Part shown: in pieces, positions 12,965 to 22,711 of the stretch
Numbering within the stretch: position 1 is the first letter of the stretch
Layout of the letters: each line of letters starts with the position of its first letter
DNA from: Callorhinchus milii
Taxonomy: Eukaryota
NCBI RefSeq assembly: GCF_018977255.1
Contig: NW_024704742.1
Coordinates: 32,676,001-32,740,000 of the forward strand
Reading direction: 5' to 3'
DNA: 64,000 bases
Position numbers and translations under genes: made by a program
Notes under the pieces: generated by a model
Database searches by the model: none
The model's input: only the letters and a program-made list of their open reading frames with translations
What the model was told of the DNA's origin: nothing

Positions 12965-14112
12965 TGGGGGGGAGGGGGTGTGTGTGGGGGGGAGGGGGTG
13001 TGTGTGGGGGGGAGGGGGTGTGTGTGGGGGGGAGGGGGTGTGTGTGGGGGGAGGGGGTGTGTGTGTGTGTGGGGGGTGTGTGTGTGTGTGGGGGGTGTGT
13101 GTGTGGGGGGGAGGGGGTGTGTGTGGGGGGGAGGGGGTGTGTGTGGGGGGGAGGGGGTGTGTGTGGGGGGGAGGGGGTGTGTGTGGGGGGAGGGGGTGTG
13201 TGTGGGGGAGGGGGTGTGTGTGGGGGGGAGGGGGTGTGTGTGGGGGGAGGGGGTGTGTGTGGGGGGGAGGGGGTGTGTGTGGGGGGGAGGGGGTGTGTGT
13301 GGGGGGGAGGGGGTGTGTGTGGGGGGGAGGGGGTGTGTGTGGGGGGGAGGGGGTGTGTGTGGGGGGGGGGGGGGTGTGTGTGGGGGGGGGGGGTGTGGAG
13401 GGGGTGTGTGTGGGGGGGAGGGGGTGTGTGTGGGGGGGAGGGGGTGTGTGTGTGTGGGAGGGGGTGTGTGTGGGGGGGGGGGGGGTGTGTGTGGGGGGAG
13501 GGGGTGTGTGTGGGGGGGAGGGGGTGTGTGTGGGGGGGGGTGGGGGTGTGTGTGGGGGGGGGGGGTGTGTGTGGGGGGGGGGTGTGTGGGGGGGAGGGGT
13601 GTGTGTGGGGGGAGGGGGTGTGTGTGGGGGGGAGGGGGTGTGTGTGGGGGGGGGGGTGTGTGGGGGGAGGGGTGTGTGTGGGGGGAGGGGGTGTGTGTGG
13701 GGGGGAGGGGGTGTGTGTGGGGGGGAGGGGGTGTGTGTGGGGGGGAGGGGGTGTGTGTGGGGGGGAGGGGGTGTGTGTGGGGGGAGGGGGTGTGTGTGGG
13801 GGGGAGGGGTGTGTGTGGGGGGAGGGGTGTGTGTGGGGGAGGGGGTGTGTGTGGGGGGGAGGGGGTGTGTGTGGGGGGGAGGGGGTGTGTGTGGGGGGAG
13901 GGGGTGTGTGTGGGGGGAGGGGTGTGTGTGGGGGGGAGGGGGTGTGTGTGGGGGGGAGGGGGTGTGTGTGGGGGGGAGGGGGTGTGTGTGTGTGGGAGGG
14001 TGTGTGTGTGTGTGGGAGGGGGTGTGTGTGTGTGGGAGGGGGTGTGTGTGGGGGTGTGTGTGTGTGTGTGTGTGTGTGTGGGGAGGGGGGGAGGGGGTGT
14101 GTGTGGGGGGAG
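12965..14112. repeat. G-rich minisatellite, unit about GGGGGGAGGGGGTGTGTGT (19-20 bp)
   Basis: Directly visible tandem array. Confidence 0.97.
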
Positions 14113-14190
14113 GCGGACGCAGCAGCCAAATTGCACAATTAAATGAAAGGTAATCTCGACTCCCTCCCCTTCCCACATTGAAATAATTGC

Positions 14191-14230
<40 letters not shown>

Positions 14231-14269
14231 TTACATATATATAATTAGGATTTCCTGAGAGGAGGAATC

Positions 14270-15030
14270 ACCTATTGCCTATGCGCGGCGCTGGAAGCTG
14301 CTCTCCCCGCCTTGGCCGGGGACGTCCGCCTGCCGTCCATTGCGCCCGTTTCCACTTGCACGCCGCAGGGCCGTCGTTTGTCGGTCGCCATCACCCCCCG
14401 CGAATCCATCGCCCTGCCGCTGACCGGGGGGGGACCGTTACATCGGGCCCTGCGGCCGCTCCACCCGCCCACCCACTCACTCACCCGCCGCCGCCGCCTG
14501 AAGCCTCTCCGAATGACAGTTGGCCAACGTCACCAACCGCCTCGCGCGCGCGCGTTCGCTCGCTCTCTCTCTCGCTCTCTCCCCACACCCCTCCCGCGCA
14601 ATCAAATTGTTTCCGGGGCGGGGCTCCTCAGACCGTCGAGGTTTGCCCCCAACTTTGATTGATTGATTGATGGATGGATTGATTGATTGACAGGCCGCTA
14701 AGCCAATGGCGATGCAGGATCTGGCGAGGCACGGGCCAGGCAGCCAATGGGTCCCGCGAGCTGTGATTGACAGCCCTGATAACCAGTCACAAGCGCCACA
14801 CGGGCGGTCGCCGGGGGTGGGGGGGGGGGGGGAGACAATGATCGGGAGCATTGTTAACGTTAGAGAATGATGGCGTTTGTTGTAACGCCACCCACAGGCT
14901 GCAAGGCGTCACAGCGTGGGGCAGTGGGAGGGAGTGGGTTGAGAGGCGGCGGCTGCCCATTGGCCACAGGAATTATGATTGACACGCCGGCTGGCCAATG
15001 AAGGAAGAGAGTGAGCAACGCGAGCCAGGA
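14270..15030. promoter_or_regulatory. CpG island / PPM1K promoter
   Basis: High GC and CpG in an otherwise CpG-poor window. GC box GGGGCGGGG at about 14615. CCAAT at 14703, 14744 and 14995; ATTGG at 14959. TGATTGACAG at 14684 and 14764. Confidence 0.85.
14485..14640 (-). other. PPM1K: Probable non-coding exon 1 of PPM1K (start approximate)
   Basis: Consensus donor CGG|GTGAGT at 14484 on the minus strand, inside the CpG island and downstream of CCAAT/GC boxes. Confidence 0.6.
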
Positions 15031-16135
15031 TGGTGTCTGCAGACAAGAGTGTGTGTCTGTGTGTGTCTGTCTGTGTGTGTGTCTGTACAGATACAACGCA
15101 GAGCAGCTGATAGATAATGATAACAACAACAATAGCAATAATAATCCTTGCATTTTGATATCAGCGCCTCATCGCGGCTTCCGAGTCTTCTCAAAGCGCT
15201 TCACAGAAATATACTGTAAATCGAATTATAACCTGAAACAACCAGGAGTACAGGCACAATCGTAACAGTCAATATACGTTATACGTGTGCAAATCTATCT
15301 CCATGTTTCACCCACAAAATGCGCAGTCACTCCACTTTACGGGATATCCTGTGAACTCCTTTGAGACGTCTCAACCATACGATACAGTGGTATATATATA
15401 TATATCAAATGCAAGATTATAACATATATAAAGCTCGAATCGTCCACAAAACACATCGTCACACGACTTTACAGTATAAATCCCGTGAAGCACTGTTTGT
15501 GACGATTTGACATGAATACAATAATGCCAAAATTATCATTATTAATTACTGTGTCAATCAATCGACACACGAGCCACTGCACGCTTTTCCTGTTTTAGCA
15601 ACAATCATATTAGTCCACGGGCACATTATTGAATCCGAATAAGTTTACAGGAATGGTTCGCCGCCGAGCATGGTGAGAGAGGGCGCAGGCAAGTCAGTCA
15701 TTGCGAAACTCTGCTCCTACAAATTAATGAATGAACTAATAACTCTGTAGAAATTAATATGTAAAAAAAAATAAACCGAACAAAACACGAACAAGTGGGA
15801 ACTACTGGGTTCCAGTTGATTATTGGATAAAAACCCTTTCACTTTTGATGTCCTGAATGAATTCAATGTATAATCAATGGCCTTTAATGCAACAGAAGAT
15901 GATAAATGGGGGAGGAGGAACAAACACACTTCACAGAGCTACACGTCCTTTCTTTCCTCTCAGGAAAAGTATACAGTAGCTCGTGTGTCAATTGATTTGA
16001 TACAGTAATTCATGTAATGGGCTACACGACAGCACCCAACAGGAGCGATCTTACCCCCATCGAAAGGCGTATTTCGCACCACAGCAATTTCGAAAAGATC
16101 CTTCACAGCGCATTACTGTGCTCCCCCTCCTCTCT

Positions 16136-17256
16136 CTGTGTGTGAAACTGTGTGTGTGAGAGTGACTGTGTGTGTGTATGAGTGACTGTGTGTGAGTGCC
16201 TCCTGTGTGTGTGTGTGAGAGTGACTGTGTGTGTGTGTGAGTGACTGTGTGTGAGTGCCTCCTGTGTGTGTGTGTGAGAGTGACTGTGTGTGTGTATAAG
16301 TGACTGTGTGTGAGTGCCTCCTGTATGTGTGTGTGTGTGAGTGAGTGACTGTGTGTGTGTGTGTGTGTGTGAGTGCCTGTGTGTGTGTGTGACTGTGTGT
16401 GTGTGTGACTGTGTGTGTGTGAGTGACTGTGTGTGTGTGTGTGTGAGTGACTGTGTGTGTGTGAGTGCCTGTGTGTGTGTGAGTGACTGTGTGTGTGTGT
16501 GTGTGTGTGTGTGAGTGCCTGTGTGTGACTGTGTGTGTGTGAGTGACTGTGTGTGTGTGTGTGTGAGTGACTGTGTGTATGTGTGTGACTGTGTGTGTGT
16601 GTGAGTGACTGTGTGTGTGTGTGAGTGACTGTGTGTGTGTGAGTGCCTGTGTGTGTGTGAGTGACTGTGTGTGTGTGTGTGTGTGTGAGTGCCTGTGTGT
16701 GACTGTGTGTGTGTGAGTGACTGTGTGTGTGTGTGTGTGAGTGACTGTGTGTATGTGTGTGACTGTGTGTGTGTGTGAGTGACTGTGTGTGTGTGTGTGT
16801 GAGTGACTGTGTGTATGTGTGTGACTGTGTGTGTGTGAGTGACTGTGTGTGTGTATGAGTGACTGTGTGTGAGTGCCTCCTGTGTGTGTGTGTGAGAGTG
16901 ACTGTGTGTGTGTGTGAGTGACTGTGTGTGAGTGCCTCCTGTGTGTGTGTGTGAGAGTGACTGTGTGTGTGTGTGAGTGACTGTGTGTGAGTGCCTCCTG
17001 TGTGTGTGTGTGTGAGAGTGACTGTGTGTGTGACTGTGTGTGTGTGAGTGACTGTGTGTGTGTGTGTGTGAGTGACTGTGTGTGTGTGTGTGACTGTGTG
17101 TGTGTGAGTGACTGTGTGTGTGTGTGTGACTGTGTGAGAGTGACTGTGTGTGTGTGTGTGTGACGGTGTGTGTGTGTGTGTGTGAGTGACTGTGTGTGTG
17201 TGTGTGTGTGTGTGTGAGTGACTGTGTGTGACTGTGTGTGTGAGAGAGAGTGAGTG
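16136..17256. repeat. Compound (GT)n satellite punctuated by GAGTGACT and GAGTGCCT(CCT)
   Basis: Directly visible. Confidence 0.95.
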
Positions 17257-17444
17257 ATTTGCGGGCAAACCCAATGTCTTTATTTACGTTACCACCTATA
17301 CCTATATACACACATACACATATACATATATATATACATGTGTGTGTGTGTGTGTGTGTGTGTACAGCCCTCCCGCACGCACACAGTCCTACCTCACAGC
17401 CGATCCCTCGCTGGGGCACCGATGCCTTTGACGGGGACGAGAGG

Positions 17445-17481
17445 ATGAGAGAGAGATAGAGATAGAGATAGAGAGAGAGGT

Positions 17482-17513
<32 letters not shown>

Positions 17514-17810
17514 CAGTGGCCCCTCTCACTGTGGCTGTAGCTGTTGCCCCTTCGCTGTGTGGCGCTGCGTTACGGGCGACTCGATCATTTTTACGCACTC
17601 TCTCTCTCTCTCTCTCTCTCACTCACTCATTCTCTCTCTCTCTCTCTCCTCCTCCTTTCCTTCCTCCTTCCCTCCCTCTATCTCTCCCTCAACGAACGGG
17701 GGCGGTGTGACTCGGACCAGAGTCTAATTCGACAAACTTCAAACCAATGAAGCAGAGCCAAGAGAGAGAGAGAGAGAGAAAGAGAGAGGAGAGAGAGGAG
17801 AGAAAGAAAG
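17445..17810. repeat. (GA)n / (CT)n microsatellite tracts around a CpG-containing segment
   Basis: GA runs at 17445-17513 and 17760-17810; CT run at 17598-17690. Confidence 0.9.
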
Positions 17811-18093
17811 AGCCTTTCACATTCTTTCACTGCACTGCAATGTGTTAAAGAAAGACACTGTAACTCTTGTTTTAAGTTACAGTTCGCAAAATAACCTTCA
17901 GATAAGCGATGCAAACATGTTACCCTTTTCCCAGTGGGGAACTGTGTGGAAAAAGCAGCAACTTTCCAATTACATCTCAAGGTCAATTTATTACACACAC
18001 ACAATCCCTCCCCCCCCACCCCCCACCCCTCCCAATAATACACAATAGTTTTAAGATCTTTTATACCTTAGAGCTGCCGATAGAAACTTTATT

Positions 18094-18302
18094 ATAATAA
18101 TAATAATAATCCTCGCATTTGATACAGCGCTTTTCACGTCGGGAGGACGTCCCGAAGCGCTTCACAGAACACACACTGTAAAGTGAATTGACTGCATATT
18201 TGTGGGCGAACGCGGCAGCCAATTGCGCACAGCAGTGTCCCACAAACAGTCGTGGATTGAAAATGACCAATTTATTATTGTTTTGGGTTTTGGAGGGATT
18301 AT
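18094..18302 (-). mobile_element. tRNA-derived SINE, 3' half
   Basis: Matches body and tail of the 12587 copy. Confidence 0.85.
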
Positions 18303-18974
18303 TTAGAGACATTAACACACTTATAGATTGCCAATTGGGGAGATGCGTTACCGCACACCAGCGGTTTTCATTCATTCATTTTCTTGGTCTGGAAGCGTAC
18401 AGGGGATTTGTTGTAAGATTGGGTCAGGAACGAGGAGGATGGGGAGGGGGTGCTGGGCTGGCCACGGGATATACCGAGCGAGGTGATATGATTCAAGCAA
18501 CTGAGCAAGGAATCTGGAAATTCCAGGGGAAAGATTGGGGAAGACTGTGTTCAGTAGATCAATGAGTTCAATGTCATCGTCTGTACTTATGCAACATTTA
18601 TGTAAACTCACCTCACCATCTCAACTCCTGCTTTCTGCGTTTGCCTTGGAAAAGATTTTCCTGATATCGCCGACCTCGTGAAATGTTTACGCACTTGACA
18701 TGCTTTTTTGGGTACAATGACGCCTTTTCGGACCTCACTGGAGAGTGTAGCAAAGGGTTTCTTTTGAGTATTGGATACGCTTAAGCATCTTAAGCACGGT
18801 GATGCATTTCTGCAGTTGCCAAAAGGATCAAAATAAATGTGTTTTTTTGGGCAAATCAAATGTATGCAAAATCACCATGTGAGCTGCTGAATGTATTTGT
18901 TGTAGATATTTTTGCTGTGCAGTTTAATAAGGATCATTTATACTTTAACTTCAATATGCTCCACCTCAGAACTT

Positions 18975-19945
18975 AGAACTCATATAGTCTAGGCCGATAT
19001 TCAATGCGGTGCTGGGGGAATGCTGCACTGTTGGAGGTGCTCATACCCGCTTTCATTACATTGAGGACTATGTAAATTCATTGCTTGTTGGCCTCCCCAA
19101 CTCTTCTCTCCATAGGCTGCAGATCATCCAGAACTCTGCTGCCCATGTCCTCTTCGCACCCGGCTCCGTGACCCTATCACCCCCATCCTCGCCCGACTCC
19201 ACTGGCTTCCCATCACACAGAGGATATAGTTCAAAATCCTGGTCCTCACCTTCAAAGCTCTCCATAGTCTTGCTTACCCCTATCTCTGCGACCTCCTAAC
19301 CCCCTACCATCCTGCTCGTTCCCTCCACTCAGCGGGCTCCAGCCTGCTTCACGTCCTCCACCTGGCTCGCCCAACTATTGGCGGGCGGGCCTTCTGTCAC
19401 TCTGCCCCTACCCTCTGGAACTCCATGCCATAGTCCCTCCATCTCGCCCCCTTCCTTGCCTTCTTCAAGACCCATCTCAAGACCCTCCTCTTTGACCGTG
19501 CTTTCGATTTCCCTGTTTCCCCCCCTGCCCTCCACCCTCCCCAATCCCGACCCCCAGCTCGGGTCCAAAACACTTACTTACCAGCGCCTTGGGACGTCTT
19601 CCCGACGTGAAAGGCGCTATACAAATGTAATTTTGTTGTTGTTGTTGTGCTGTCCATTGGATGAGACGTTAAACCAAGATCTCATCTCCCTGCTTAGGTG
19701 GACATTAAAGATCCCATGGCACTATTTGAAAATAGGAGGGAGTTACTCCTGGTGTCCTGGTCAGCAATCTACCAAATAAAATTGTTTATTAATTTCATGG
19801 CTGTTTGTCGCACCTTGCTATACACAAATTGCCTGTCACAATCACCCACGAAATATACACAATCACACCACTTTACTGTATAGCCTGTGAAACACTTGGT
19901 TATGTCCTCTTGACATGAAAGGTGTTATTTCAACTGTAAGGAATT
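18975..19945 (+). mobile_element. Deu-domain SINE split by an L2 3' fragment (19043-19647)
   Basis: SINE sequence stops at GGAGGTGCT and resumes at GTGCTGTCCATTGGATGAGACG after the L2 (GTT)n tail. Confidence 0.75.
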
Positions 19946-22013
19946 TTTTATGTAGTTTTTCATCACATTATATTAACATAATTGTGGCAAGGCTGATATA
20001 AATTACTCTTCCCTGAAGTAGTAAAACACAAAACAAGGCAACATAGTCTTAAAATTAAATCAGTTAAAAGTGAAACCAGGATACATCTCATCATACAAAT
20101 GGTTATGAAAATATGAAATACAGTGTTCTGGAAGCCCATTAATGCTGAATGAAATCATATGATTAAGAGAGAGGGTTATTAATGCTATAGTTGGAAACAA
20201 GGAAATAATCTGAATCTTTATTGTTCCTTGTTCATCAAATGAAATGGAGGGGTGGGGCTCATGGGCAATAGAAACACTGGCACGGACTAATGGGGCCCAA
20301 TTATATGTTCCCCCATTTATCATTCTATGTAATTCTATGTCTCAAATTGCTTTGCAAAAATAACTTATATCAAGTGGAGGAACTGTTTTGGGGAATGTGG
20401 AGAAAAGGCCAAGAAAGAGAAAGATGAACTGGTTTCATGAACTAGTGAATGGCAGGAGCTGATTCAATGCAGCTCAAACGATGGAACAAGTCAACTGAGG
20501 TCCTCCCAGATATCTGGGAGGTGGAGCCTATGATTTAAGACAAGACAGATATCTGGAGTGATCTATATTGCTATAATTTATGAAAAAATTCAAATTCAAG
20601 AGAAAATTAGGTTGCTGTTTTCCAAAGAATTCAATCAAATATATGGAAGAGTGTTGGATTATTTCCATTAAATTGTACGTCTTGAATTTATGTTTCAACC
20701 CGGTGACCACTTTTCCCTTCTCCTTCTGTCTTGAAAACTTATTTAAATCTTTTTTCCCCTCAGCTAGCCCCTGCTTCCATGGTACTTTGCCAATTGACCA
20801 TTTTTTGCGCCTTAACAGTGAATGTTGGCAGGCTATTTGACCACAGAGGACAAGGGGAGTGCAACCAAGCCCCATCCTGTCCTCAATTAACATCCACATA
20901 TGATTAGCTTTCAGCAGAAGCCTTTGGATCTTAGTTACATTGGGTGAATTTTAATTGGCTGAAAATAAACAATCAATCCACTTTACAATATGTTCTGTGA
21001 AGCGCGTTGGGGCACCTCAAGGATGTGATAAGGCACTCTATCAAATGCAAGGACTATTATTATTATTTTACCATGCTAATTAGGGATGCTGAGACCCTCT
21101 GAAGAATTCCAATTGAGGCCCCAACTGGAATCATCTCAATCAGCACAGACGAGGATTTGAAGCTATGACTTCTTAGAAACCTTTCGCTGTGAATAAGTCT
21201 ACGGCCTCAGCTGTCAAACATTCACAAAGCAGAGAGTGCCGGTTCTGCAGGACACAATCCCTACATCGAGCTCTCACTTGTTCGATATTCCTTCCAATCA
21301 GCAACATTAGTGGCATGTGCCACTACCTCTCCTCCCTGGCTGACAAGACCCTCATCCACGCCTTCATCATGTCCAGGCTCGATTATTGTATTGCCTGATT
21401 ATGGCAGACAACCAAGTGCTTGGGAATGTGCCTGTGGAGCCTAGTGGGAATGCTGGTGATGGTCCCATGAAGCCTGTTGTGAGAGATAACATGGAACTGG
21501 CTGCAGATCCCTGTTTGCAGCTTGTGAGAGAAGAACTGAGCAGTCCAGTGAGCAGGGCTTTAGAGTAATTGAGCCTGGTGGTGTTGAAGACCTGGATGAG
21601 GTCTTCAGAGAGAAAGTTAGCTGCAAAGGTAGGTGATGTTGTGGAGTTGAGGGGAAACAGAGTGAATGAGTGCCTGGATGTGAGGTTTGACGGATATTTA
21701 AGGGTCAAACGAGACACTCAATAGAGTGAACGCACATGCAGATTGATATGTGGGGAGCACCCACTAAAACGCTTCATTTATTTTCCTCCTTCAGTTTCAT
21801 GCTCTTGGCTTTGACATTTCCACGTCCACTTAGACATATTCAGTCTTCTTGCATGTTCAGGGAGCACTGCTCCAGCTTGGATGGTTAGTGACTACTTGTC
21901 TGACAAACAACTAGAAAATGTCCTTTCTTAGAATTGCTTATTTCTTTATACAAGTAACATTGTCTGTTAAATGAGAACCCTGCTTTGATTTGCTCTGTGT
22001 ATTTTGCTATATA

Positions 22014-22711
22014 CGGTAGAACCTCACTAATCCAGTCACTAAAGAGATTGGGCAAAAGTGACCAATTTAGTGAAGTGACCAGATTACTGAAACAGGTTGG
22101 GTGATTCAGGTCACTGATGCAATGTTAAAGGCATTGGTAATGGGCAAGGGTGATGAACATTCAACAACCATACTTCGCAATCTCATTAAAATAAAGGCAT
22201 TGTCACATATAAAACAAATGCTATCATGTATTCAGCCTTACCTTTTGAGAAAAGTCTATGACTTTTGCCCTCCCTCACTGTTTTTGATTAAGTTCACTCT
22301 CTCACTTCAAGGACAACTCTTGTTTACAGCACTTACCAAGAATCGGCTGCAGGTGCTCAGATTAGGCCGTGGGCGCCGGGAGAAGTCGATTTACCATTCG
22401 CACAGCTTCCGCGATCCCAACACTCCTCGCGCCGCACATGCACGACCGGAGCCCACTCTGCCCACAGTAGCAGGGTCGAGGAAACAGCACGAGAAGCCCG
22501 AGCCTAACACACTGTGTACAAGTTAGTAGTGGGGGCGGGTATTGTAGCGGCCGCAATCAATGACCGTTGTCCTGAATAGTGAGGTGCCCGGTTTACTGAA
22601 GCAGACAGACAGTTTATATTTTAACATTGACAATGAAAGGGACTGTGAAAATGTGCCTGCAGTTGTGAGCTGGCTGGATTACTGAGGTGACCGCAAACCG
22701 GGTTTCTACTG
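22014..22711. mobile_element. Non-autonomous Tc1/mariner (pogo/Tigger-like) DNA transposon
   Basis: TA|CGGTAGAACC ... GGTTTCTACTG|TA termini with TA flanks. Subterminal inverted motif CCTCACTAATCCAG / CTGGATTACTGAGG. Confidence 0.7.

Noticed and set aside
12667..14178. Six long ORFs (391-491 aa) rich in Gly/Val/Cys or Pro/His/Thr
   Set aside because: They are stop-free readings of the G-rich minisatellite in all frames, not a keratin-associated or extensin-like gene.
16051..17419. His/Thr/Ser-rich ORFs of 407 and 438 aa
   Set aside because: They are translations of the (CA)n compound satellite.
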